In this document: positions 40,828 through 51,952 of the stretch, piece by piece | How positions within the stretch are numbered: position 1 is the first letter of the stretch | Layout of the letters: every line of letters begins with the position of its first letter | Assembly: GCF_006345805.1 (NCBI RefSeq) | Contig: NC_042997.1 | Location: 161,262,001 to 161,326,000 of the forward strand | Direction of reading: 5' to 3' | Origin: Octopus sinensis | Taxonomy: Eukaryota | DNA length: 64,000 nt | Notes under the pieces: model-generated | Database searches by the model: none | Seen by the model: the letters and a program-made list of their open reading frames with translations, nothing else | What the model was told of the DNA's origin: nothing | Made by a program: the position numbers and the translations under genes

Positions 40828-40831
<4 letters not shown>
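40105..40831 (+). mobile_element. Non-coding pseudo-LTR/retrozyme-like unit with tandem and inverted end duplications, ending at (TA)n
   Basis: 40105-40267 is the reverse complement of 40631-40793. 40266-40348 equals 40749-40831 (one mismatch). Contains the hammerhead at 40490-40607; (TA)n starts at 40832. Confidence 0.75.
40490..40607 (+). ncRNA. Putative type I hammerhead ribozyme with extended stem II
   Basis: CUGAUGA at 40504-40510, GAAA at 40578-40581 and GUC at 40591-40593. Stem I is CUUUA/UAAAG plus CCUG/CAGG. Stem III is the palindrome ACAAUGCAUUGU. Stem II opens with A-U rather than canonical G-C. Confidence 0.7.
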
Positions 40832-40874
<43 letters not shown>

Positions 40875-40901
40875 TATATATATATAATATATATATAATA
40901 T

Positions 40902-40979
<78 letters not shown>

Positions 40980-41051
40980 TATAATGAAGGATAAAATCAC
41001 TAATTTTACCAGGTGGTCAACGTAGAATTAAAAACCTCATATGTAAATTTT

Positions 41052-41471
41052 ACAAAATAGTTCATGATTATATACATAATTATAACGAGGGATTGACTTT
41101 ACACTACACGTGGGAATAAAAGAAAGATGTGAATTCTACTTTGCAGTATAATTCTACGAGTGTAGATGGATATTGGTTATGCGACGTCGCAGCTCGCATG
41201 CATATTTTGCGATACTCGTAAATTTATGCTATGGAATACCGCCGCTTATGAGAGTAGTAGGTAATATTCCTTTACTTTAAGCTTGAAACAGGCTCATGGA
41301 CGCGGTCAACTGAAAAGTTGTTGATTCATTATTTTTCTTTTGCTCGCTTACAATATAGTGTGTTATTCTCGGAGATTTTAAGGTGGTAATAGGGCATTTG
41401 GCATCTATTTCTACTGTGCGTGGTGAGGAGTAAAGCCAATCCCTTGTTATAATTATGTATATAATTATGAA

Positions 41472-41480
<9 letters not shown>
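41052..41480. repeat. 50-bp inverted repeats enclosing ~330 bp, between two (TA)n arrays
   Basis: 41052-41101 versus the reverse complement of 41431-41480: 45/50 identical. Confidence 0.75.
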
Positions 41481-41517
<37 letters not shown>

Positions 41518-41573
41518 GAGAGGGAGAGAGCGCGAGAGATCAGAATCTTGACTAATTATTATTATTATTATTA

Positions 41574-41629
<56 letters not shown>

Positions 41630-43449
41630 TATTATCATTATTATTATTATTATTATTATTTGTCTTACTTGAACATGTACTTGCGGCGGCATTCACCCGG
41701 GTAGGTTTAAGTCGATTCCGACCAAAGTTACCGACCTTACGAATGCTAACCATATCCGAAGAAGTTTGACAAATGCCCCACAGGGAGAGCAAGCGCGTCA
41801 GATAACGTGGACGCCGTAGCCGTAGTCGTTATTCGCTGTTGAGGTATAGAGTTCTTGTTCGGAGTTTCAATTGAAAAACGAGTTCACATGTGGTCCCCGG
41901 TCACTTGCGTACACACTTTGGTATAGAGTGATCTGTAGCAGCTCATCTTGCCGTCCATAGTCGACCGTCGCATAGGATTCGTTGACCAAGTTACCGCCGA
42001 TTATCGGAGCTGATGTAACCTGGGTTTGAAGCGGGTTCTAGAGACAAGCTTTAACAAAAATTCAGGAGTGCCTCACTCCCAGTGGTCTTCCAACATGCCG
42101 GAGCCAACCTGGAATTTTTGTAGGCCCTTCCTATTGCTAGATAATTGCTGAACCTAGACTAAGTTCATCCGTCCTATTGACAGGTTTTATTTTTAGTCCT
42201 GTTGGATTTCCAGCAATCCACCTCACAAGGCAAGCCTAGTGGAGGGTGGTGATTTAGCCACAGACGACCTCATCATGCAACAGGTTGGACTGGTTTCCAT
42301 GTTACCATACCACTCATGAGAGACTTCACAATTGTAGTCAGGTCAATTATGAGGTCTCTCATGATCTGTAATCATGAAGACTGGCAATGATTTCCTTTTT
42401 CATCTTTGGAATTAATATTGATTTCCCAGTCTACATAATTCTGCCGTGTCAGCTTCATGTATACAGGTTAAGTATTGTTGCTAGGAATGGGAAACTTTAT
42501 CGATTCTTGGAACTGTTCTATGAGCGTATATAAGAGTAGAGCATTCGTACCTTGTAATGTTTTTGTTCCTCTTGCTTCGCAATATAATAACATTTCTGTT
42601 GCTGTTTGTGTGTCATTGGGACACACATTATTTAGTCCTATAGTGACACTGTAAAAATTATTTTATATTTGTTACAGATTTTTATTTAAGACGTACTCAT
42701 ATTTTCCTAAAAACATGTTAATGATTTACAGTATTGTGTTATTATTTTCTAGAGATATTTGCTAAATACTTGTTACATTTAGTTTACCATTTTTTCAGAG
42801 ATGTTACACATCACCCAAGTAATAGATTCAATGATTAGAATATTTTCACCAAAGCGTTATAATGAAAGGTTTAAACCTTTTGTTGCTAAGGAAACATAAA
42901 TATATATTTGCAAAAACATTTCTTAATGCTTTCACCATTTACGATTTTGCTGACACAATTTGATTTATATAATCAAATATTGGTTTGTGAATCATTTAGT
43001 GATTAGTTTAGCAATAATACTGAATATCAACCTTTATTTTAAAGCCAAATGTATCATGGTTCTCTCACATGAACAAGTAAAGAATACTTATGAAAACAAT
43101 GTCTTTATATCTTACATTACTTATTTTATATATTATTTGATATGCATAGGTGTGTGGGCGTGTGTGCGTGTATGTGTATGTGTGTGTGTGTGCATGCGTG
43201 TGTGTGTGTGCGTGCGTGTGTGTGAGTGTGCGTGTTGAAGTAGCTCTAATAATGTAACCAATATCCGTGGTATATACATAGTATATGTGTTTTGTTTATA
43301 CCTCAATTCGCTGCGTTCTAGGAAATCTCTCTACTCCACGCCGAGTGTTAAAGAACACTGAATATCCACTATGTAAGAGCAAATGGTAACATATATACAT
43401 ATGTGTGTGTGTGTGTGTGTGTGTGTATACGTAGGTATGTATGTTTATA

Positions 43450-43500
<51 letters not shown>

Positions 43501-44993
43501 CGTGTGTATGATGCATGTATGTATATATAGAGAGAGATACGCTTACATAGTCAATAAAATAAATAGTTAACCGTGAGAAAGGAACAAAATAATTAAGTAT
43601 TTATAGCTTCGAATTTAAAAGACTACGATTTAAAAAATTACTTCACATCTATTGGTATTAATCACTATAGTAACAGGTGTCTAATCCTTTAACATTAATC
43701 AAGCCCCAGCTTATTGTGATCAATATGACACTGATCCTAATTGCCAGATTATGAAAACACAGAATATTGTGCGTTACATAAAATTCTCTTCGTTTGGTTT
43801 TTAAAACAAGTTTAATTGGAGGTCGCGTCTCAAATATTCTAATTAAACCCGATACGTTTCCTTTCAGTGAAATGTAATAAACTACTTCCCGTACAATGAG
43901 CCGACTAAGAGAGCCTTCACGCATATCCTTTTGAAATAGATCAATATCTGAATGCCAGATTAAACTGTCGGATAGGAATTGTTGTTTATCTTACCAAATG
44001 GTTGGATTTAAAATTAAATAACTCACTCATCGGTTACTAATGAAAAGAGAGCGTGTTTGACGTAAATTTACCACTTTGCTTGGCGGGGATATTTTACTAG
44101 GTATTGATCCTGTAGCAATTATTTTAATGTCAATGCTATTTTTAACACTGCTAATAGATATTGCTGAAATGAATCATTACACTAATACGATTCTCAATTA
44201 GACGAAAATGAAATATAATCAATATTCCATGGTTTGAATTCAGAAGTAACTATTTGTAAGTCTCGATGGGAAATTTAGTAACACAAGTTATACGAAGTAT
44301 AATATACAGCAAATGTTGATAGCCTGGATTTCAATTTGTTAAAGGTTCTACTTTTCAATTCTGTGTACAACTTAAGAATTAAACGCAATAAACAGAAGTA
44401 AGACATTATATATCTATGCTGGTTTTGCCTCACGGGAAACCTATGAAAATAATCAAACCGAAATAAAACAAAATATAGTTCAAGTTTTACGAAATCCCAC
44501 CAACTCTGTATCGATGAATTGCCTTTCCGTTCATTTCAATGTTATAATAACGCATATTTTAATACAGAATAATACAATCGGATTGTGAAATAAATCGTGC
44601 ATATACGAAAATATATGCCATAACAAATTGAACTGATATGATATTTCCTATGTATTTCAAGCCCAAGGATATACATATTTGTGTATGTGTATACGTACAA
44701 ATATACATACTTGTATATATATGTGTGTGTGTGTGTGTGTGTATTTATGTATGTATGTGTTTATGTATACATGTATACGTATATACATAAATGTGCATGT
44801 ACGTGTGTAACATTATAATGTAATGCGTATGCACGACAAATAAACATTTACATTAGACCTCAATAAAATTGAATGCATTACATCAACATGTGTGGATGCA
44901 GAAAAATACACATGGCTGCATCTCTTACGATATGTTTTACAGCACATCGCAAAAGATATATATACAAATACATATACATATATATATATATAT

Positions 44994-45588
44994 CAATAAG
45001 TGAATGAATTGTCCTATGTTTATCGTCAGCATGGAAAATTCGTTGAACCGATAGCAAATTCGCGTCAGAAACACGGTTGAAGCAACCTGTCCAAGGGTAG
45101 AAACTCCGGGTTCATTTGCAGAAATTTGTGTGTTATATATGAATAAATGAAAGAATGGAGTCGAACGAAGATGTTAACAAAATTCCTTTACTCTCGACAT
45201 ATGTTTCGAAGACAACATGGTTTCATTCCAAAGGAATAAAGGGTGTAAGATGCAATCTTCTCATCAGGAAAGAAAGGGAGCCTCTCTCGGCAACAAGACA
45301 AACAAAAATTTCGATGACCGCCTACATGGTAAACAAAACGACAATAAGTGATTTTTAAAAAAACCGTTAGAAGATTTGACGTCAAAGTTAGATAGTAGGA
45401 AGAGAAGGGTTAAAGGAATGATAGGTAGGGAACCAGTGGAAAGGGAAGGGCCGTAATACCTTTCAGAAAACAAATTAAATCGAACCTTCCCTTGCAGTTC
45501 CGTGAAGCCGTTGCTAGGAACTTTCCCAGAAATTCTAGATATTATTCTATTATCAATTCCCACATGGTTAGAATCGCTTTCTCGAACA
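44994..45588 (-). mobile_element. Pseudo-LTR/retrozyme-like unit carrying a hammerhead and ending at (TA)n
   Basis: Pyrimidine-rich - strand segment, then the hammerhead, then ~200 nt to a (TA)n run ending at 44993. It is cut on the other side by the CR1 tail. Confidence 0.6.
45185..45277 (-). ncRNA. Putative type I hammerhead ribozyme with extended stem II
   Basis: Minus strand reads CCUUUCUUUC-CUGAUGA-GAAGA(43 nt)UCUUC-GAAA-CAUAUG-UC-GAGAG(U)AAAGG. This gives the canonical G10.1-C11.1 pair, a 10-bp stem I with one bulge and palindromic stem III ACAUAUGU. Predicted cleavage 3' of 45196. Confidence 0.8.
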
Positions 45589-45671
<83 letters not shown>

Positions 45672-47152
45672 ATTTGGCTCAAAAGCAAATAGCAAGGCCA
45701 TGTAGGGGAACATGGAGTTAAGTACAGGGTGGTGTTCATGTAAAGAGTTCAGGCCACTTGAGGTCAAGGGAGGCTTTGAACAAAGCGGTCGTCGGCATCT
45801 TCACCATCTCGTCTGGCAGCTTGTTCCACGGATCCGCAACCCGGACGGAGAAAGCTCCTCTCCTTCGATTGAGATGAAATCGTCGCAGGTAGAGCTTTTC
45901 GGAATGACCCCGCAGCCGACGCTCTGGAGCAGGAGTGAAGAACAGCTCTTTCGAGAGGTTACACTTTCCGCTTATGATGTTGTGGGCGAGAATGAGATCA
46001 CCACGGCGGCGGCGTTTTTCAAGAGAATAAAGGTCGAGCGTCCTCAGCCTTTCTTCATAGGACAAATTTTTGAGACCATGAACCATGCGGGTAGCCAGCT
46101 TCTGGACTCTTTCGAGATGCTGTATGTCTTTGAGGAGATAAGGAGAAGAGGCTTGAATCCCGTACTCCAATATGGGTCTCACCAGCGTGACATAGAGTGG
46201 TAGGAATATGGCTGCTGTGAGCATTCCGAATGACCGTCGAATCAAGAACAGAATTCCGCGTGCTTTGTTGGCAGCATGGACACACTGGGCCGAAGCCGAA
46301 AAGGAGGAATCCACCAAGATACCTAGGTCCTTTACCTGATCGGTCCTCTCCAGCAGCAGACGACCCGGCTCGAAATCAAGTTGAGTTGCAGGAGGAGAGC
46401 CAACAGGCAGATGACAGCACTTTGACACGTTCAGACACAGGTCCCATTCGTTAGACCACTTCCAAATTTGGTAGAGGCATCGACGAAGATCCTCTATATC
46501 ACCGCGAGGAGCGACCAGTTTGATATCGTCGGCAAATAGAAGGGTGTGTTGCGTGAGGTCGTCGGGCAAGTCATTTATGAAGACTAAGAACAATAAGGGC
46601 CCAAGCACTGAACCTTGAGGCACGCCACTGCTCGCACTGGAGACGTCGGACCGCGAACCATTAACTTGGACTTGGAAGGAGCGATCTGAGAGGAAGGCAC
46701 CAACCCATCGTACAATATCCGGATGGAAACTATATGCTTGAAGCTTGACAAGTAATAGGCGGTGGTTTACCGAGTCAAAAGCTTTGGCAAAGTCCAATAA
46801 AACGATGTCAACAGCATCACTATCATCGAGGATGCGCGTCACCAATTCTTCCATTACCAGTAAGTTGGTCAAGCATGATCTCTTCGGCACGAAGCTGTGT
46901 TGGGAATCAGAGATAGAGGCTGTGTTTTGGAGGTGGAGCATCATACTTTTCTTAAGGATGGTTTCGAACATCTTGCTGATTATTGATGTAAGGGAAACCG
47001 GTCGGTAGTTAAGCGGGTCTTCGCGGCTCCCTTTCTAGAAAATTGGGCAGATTATCGCTGTTTTCCAGTCCGCAGGTATAACACCCGTCGCCAATGACAT
47101 ATTGAATAGACGTGTTAAGGGCTCGCAGATGACCGGAGCCAACGCTTTGAAA
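45589..47152 (-). mobile_element. Young 5'-truncated CR1-type LINE with (TAAC)n tail
   Basis: 411-codon open frame (46971-45736) with NYRPVSLTS upstream, LLDFAKAFDSVNH, GVPQGSVLGPLLFL, LFADDIKL and RRRGDLI. One in-frame TAG near 47036; short 3' UTR; tail at 45589-45671. Confidence 0.9.
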
Positions 47153-47333
47153 TCTTTCGCAAATTATATCTTCTCACAATACCAAGCTGCTAAATAAATA
47201 TTCTTCACCCGGGAGTTCCAACATTAATCTTGCTAATTCCAACCCATTATACAATCATTATACAATATTCATACATATTAGATAGATACATACATACATA
47301 CATGCATAACATACATTCATGCATACATACATG

Positions 47334-48566
47334 TAGTAGCGGTGCTGATCCCAACATTTGGGATACTTCATTGATCTGTAGAGGAAATCCACCCCATAGA
47401 TATCAAAACCTGCAAAATCCTGACAACTGGGAACTTCCACAGAAACAGTGATTTTGACAGGCTCTACCTAAGAAGAAATGAAGGTGGTAGAGGCCTGTGA
47501 TCAGTGCAGACGGCATGCTGTATGATATCACTCAAGCAACACCTTCTAAACAACAGCAGCAAAAATAAACATATTAATGCAGTCCTGAAAAGTGAAGTGA
47601 GCAACATTGTACGAATTGGCAGTGAACTCCACACGAAACATTCTCTTCCTAATGCTCTCCTATACAGCCCCAAAACAGCTAGGCTCTCTTACTTCAGAGA
47701 AGACCTGGATGGAAAGCACTTAGTATGCAAAAAAAAAGACGATGCATGGGTATGTTGTCCGGAAGCTTGAAGAAGACAGCAGAATTGACACGAAACGCAG
47801 CCTCTCTTGGACACAAGACCACTATATCACATTACACTTTGAAGGTTATGCGTTTGCCATCCAGGAACAGGAGAGACTGCCACAAAGTAAGTGGTGAACA
47901 CTAGAGACAGTGATGCTCTTGTAATTCCAAGGTGCAACCGCATGTGTAGGCTATGTCATGTTTCTGTGGAAGACAATACGCATGTAATTAACAGCTGTCC
48001 TAAAATATCGTCACGGTATTATCTCCCTATGAGGCACGATGATGTTGCTTAAAACAATTTACGAGGCAATCCGCAAAAAGGTCTGTCCAGAAATAAACTT
48101 AGAAAATCATTCTGTTATGGAATACATTCATAAGCACTAACTCAAGGAACACTAGTGGAATATTCCCATCAAATCTTCTGTCAAATATAAGCATAACAGG
48201 CTGGATATTATTGTTTGGGAAAGAGGGACAAAGGTGTGTACCATCATAGAGGTTAGATACCCTACAGATATAAATATCTCTTTGAAAATCAAAGAAAAGA
48301 GCATATCTATAGACAACTGCTTCGAAACCTCCAGTTTCTATATCCAGACTATGAATTCATATACATACGAAAGAGAAATTTACCAGCTGATTCGTACTTT
48401 ACAAGTCCAATCTGTGAGTAGAGCAGTAAAAATATGCAAGACTTTTCTCAAGTTAAATGTTAATTCGTCTGTGTTAATTACATCCCAAAGATGGAACCTT
48501 GTATCTTTGTTGGAAACCGGCTCCCTCCTCACTGGAAGATTTATAATTTATTAAAAAATAGAAGAG
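47334..48566 (+). mobile_element. Second, 5'-truncated copy of the 10288-13738 R4/Dong family
   Basis: Colinear with ~12470-13738 and has the same 3' end AAAAAATAGAAGAG. 9-bp flanking duplication ACATACATG at 47325-47333 and 48567-48575. Confidence 0.85.
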
Positions 48567-49702
48567 ACATACATGGTAGCTGCTTTCTCGTATACGAACA
48601 AACACATTGCTAGAAAGAATCATTGTAAGGAGCCATTCCAATTTATCCCAAAAAGTTTTCTAAGAAAATATTGATGATATAGTTCCAAACGCCTTAAATG
48701 GCTACGATAAGCAACCTATGTCTCACTTCACTAGAAAGAATAAAGAAGTTTTGAATTGTTAGCATTTGAAGCTTCTTGGATTTCATAGCATTTATCACTC
48801 CACCAATTTTCCTATATCATCCTCAGCTTCCTCTACACTGTTGCATACACATACATAAATGCACGTGAGTATAGACACATATATTAGATATCTATACCTA
48901 TGTCCATGTGTAAGATGTAGACCTTAATAAAAAGAAAATACTCAGCCATAACCTGCCTGATCTTGTCCTCAGCGATGCTCTTCATTCTTTAATAGTTATA
49001 TCTCACACTTATATTTCTTCATTGACACTACTTTTACGAGAATATTGTATCTATTTCAGAACAAAGGCTTCGTAGCAGAAGCTTGATCACTCTTGACCTT
49101 TAGCTACCAACATTCTCGCATTTTACTTTTAGCTACTTTAGTTCATCATGTGATGGTCCAGTCCATTTAGTTTTACTTGGACTGTCTATCCCTTAACGTG
49201 ATGAACTAGCCTAGCGTCCCAATCTTACTATTTAAGGGACGAATTTTCCTGCTAATTCCTTAGGGAGGTGAGTTTGCTACGAATGAGTTTTGTATCTTCG
49301 ACAATGAGAGCAGTGTATTCACTTTGCAGCTTCAGCAATTACAGAATTGTAACCAGAATCCTTAATGCTATGCTTGCGTTTGCTCAACATTTCAAACTGA
49401 ATTGTAACTAGAATCTTTTATGCTATGCTTCACATTTTTCTAGCCTTTCATCTTCAACTTCTATAAGCATTTGAATATGTGTAATGCATTGACAATTAAT
49501 GTCTTACCAGTTTAGTGTATTTCCCTTTAGCGACGATAACTTCAATTTGTCTTTGCATTTTCTTATTAACATCCATCCTGGATTATTTTAATGAAAAGAC
49601 ATAATCAAGCCTTAAACCGCATTTCATACAACAATGACATTCATTGCTAAAGCTTCTCCGATCACTTTATCTTATCTAAAGTTTCAAGAATGTGTATATG
49701 CG

Positions 49703-49794
<92 letters not shown>

Positions 49795-49795
<1 letters not shown>

Positions 49796-50050
49796 GCATT
49801 GAAGAAAACATACGTAGGTATTGTAATTAAAGACAGTGATACAAGTATATTACTCCAGATTTTTAAAAATATGACAGTCGGAACTCTCCTCATACAAAAA
49901 GACAATATCTCACAATGCATTTGCAGTGCCAGTATTGATTCCCACATTTTGGGATTCTTGGTTGGTCTGTTGAAGAAATTCACTCCATAGACGTTAAAAC
50001 CTGCAAGATACTAGCATCACATGGACAATTCCACCGAAATAATGATATCC
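49795..50050 (+). mobile_element. Internal fragment of a related R4/Dong subfamily
   Basis: Aligns to ~12340-12590 (CAGTCGGAACTCTCCTC...ACAATATCTCACAATGCATTTGCAGT) with more divergence. Confidence 0.7.
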
Positions 50051-50083
50051 ACACACACACACACGTGAATATATATATATATA

Positions 50084-50261
50084 TATAAAATATTATTCGA
50101 GACAAAACCACTATTTTGCAAAACAAACAAGGAAAGACTTAATCAATACATAAAATTTTAATAAATAGTCAAAAAACTATTTATTAAAATTTTATGTATT
50201 GATTAAGTCTTTCCTTGTTTGTTTTGCAAAATAGTGGTTTTGTCTCGAATAATATTTTATA
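50084..50261. repeat. Perfect 85-bp inverted repeat with an 8-nt spacer
   Basis: 50084-50168 is the exact reverse complement of 50177-50261; spacer TCAAAAAA. Confidence 0.9.
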
Positions 50262-50335
50262 ATATTTTACTATAAAATCGATTTAATCCTAAATCTGATT
50301 TTTTCCCTGTAAATTTGGATTTATTCCCTAATATT

Positions 50336-50385
<50 letters not shown>

Positions 50386-50406
50386 CATATATACATACAC
50401 ACATGC

Positions 50407-50443
<37 letters not shown>

Positions 50444-50470
50444 GTGTGTATATATATATATATATATATA

Positions 50471-50635
50471 AGTGGGCGAAACCACGTAGACATTCCGGAC
50501 TTCGACTGAGGAGGCAATTAGCTGCAAGTGATCCGAGTATCTTGTTTTGTGCTGTTTACCGTGGTCGTGCTATCGTCTGTTTTCCGCATGTTGTGCTTTG
50601 ACGGACTCCGTTTGTTGTGTTTTTTCTGTTCTACC

Positions 50636-50640
<5 letters not shown>
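50471..50640 (+). mobile_element. Short (TA)n-flanked unit beginning with the 3' half of a hammerhead-like motif
   Basis: AGTGGGC-GAAA-C-CAC-G-TA at 50471-50488; no upstream CUGANGA because (TA)n abuts. U-rich tail ends at (TA)n. Confidence 0.4.
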
Positions 50641-50706
<66 letters not shown>

Positions 50707-51071
50707 TATATGTATATATGTATATATGCATATGTGTACATATGTACGTATATGTATGTATGTGTGTGTGAGTGCATCTGTGTGTGTATGTGTATGCATA
50801 TGTCAGTGGTCGGAAGGTAGAGTAAGCACGTGAGAATGTTTGGTTTTCTAGCTTAACATCTAAATATATCAAGCAGAATGAATACCTACCTCGAAGCTGT
50901 GAAAATCATTTCACTTGAAGTAATGAAAAACAAAAATCCAATTTATAATTATATCATTTAAACATGTTATTTGTTTTCGGGAAATAATTGACAAGCCCTT
51001 TTCTGAAAATGTTATAAAAACTTAGGAAAATGCTAATCACGAAGGCTTTATCTATTTCCTATACCTAATTA

Positions 51072-51952
51072 CGTGGTCTAATCAATAAGTACCCAGACTG
51101 TTGCCATAGTAACAAAGCTAAAGCAGACAGAGTAAAGCCGCTTGGCATAGATTGACCATGAACGGTGCTGTGTATGCGCGTTAAGTTTTAACATTCTAGC
51201 TCACTTCCACTATGTACCGTCGTGCTTGGAAGGAAGGTATGTAGCGTATGACCGTCGCTTTGACCATGACAGAGTAAGTTGAGCAGAGAATCTGCATCAA
51301 ATTTTGCCAAAAGCTTAGCGATACCCGCTCAGAGGCCTTCGCAAAGTTTTCAAAAAGTTTTCATCGTTCTCGACACAATCAACGAAATCATGTGCGACTG
51401 AAAATCGAGTGTCTTTTTGGTCAGCTGAAAGCAGTTTTGACACAAACTTGGCAGACACGCGTCTCAAACCCAAATCTTCAGTGATAATGGACTGAACTGA
51501 GAAGTAACTAATCTGCGCATCCTCTGATAACCCACGGGTGGGGATTCGATTATTTCTCCTCCCAACTGCATGCCCATCTGTGATGCTTTTCTCAGTTCTG
51601 CTGGATGAGGGTCTCCCATAACGTTCGTCAATATCGACATATTTTCGGGCATCTTGGAAGTGTCTAAACCACTCATACACATGTATGCAGCTTATACACT
51701 TCTCTCAATACACTTTGTGCAACTTAGCGTAGGCCTCTGAGACAGCTTTCTCTATCATGGTCAATGCGATGAGCACACGCTACACACCTTCCTTCCAAGT
51801 ACTGCTCTAATCAACGGGGGTGAGCTAGAACGTTAAAACTTAGTGCGCATGCACAGCAGAGTTTAAGGTCAATCTTTACCAAGCAGCTTTACTCTGCGTG
51901 CTTTAGCTTTGTTACTATGGCAACAGTCTTGATACTTATTGGTCAGACCTCG
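51072..51952. mobile_element. Mariner derivative built from two left ends in inverted orientation
   Basis: TA-flanked TIRs CG(T/A)GGTCT..CAATAAGTA. The ~200-bp arms (TIR + 5' UTR) are mutual reverse complements. Transposase N-terminus EQRICIKFCQKL on +, and YEWFRHF..GRPSSSRT..GLRRVSAKFVSKLL on -. Confidence 0.85.

Noticed and set aside
42180-42275. HDV-like ribozyme on the minus strand
   Set aside because: I could not build P1, P1.1 and P2 consistently; a simple hairpin (TCCAC/GTGGA around AGGC/GCCT) explains the segment.
43560-44106. Promoter and first exon of the ANKRD33B-like gene (TAATCC at 43682, donor-like AG|GTATTG at 44101)
   Set aside because: Such short motifs are expected by chance in AT-rich DNA 10 kb from the ATG exon; it cannot be supported without transcript data.
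45589-45671. (TTAG)n as an interstitial telomeric repeat
   Set aside because: It is not TTAGGG or TTAGG, and it sits exactly at the 3' end of the CR1-type LINE as its tail.
45712-46454. Plus-strand ORFs of 163 and 74 aa
   Set aside because: These are antisense shadows of the GC-rich CR1 reverse transcriptase frame.
50478-50520. Complete type II hammerhead using CTGAGGA at ~50506
   Set aside because: The bases after CTGAGGA (GGCAATT) cannot pair with GTGGGC, so stem II does not close.
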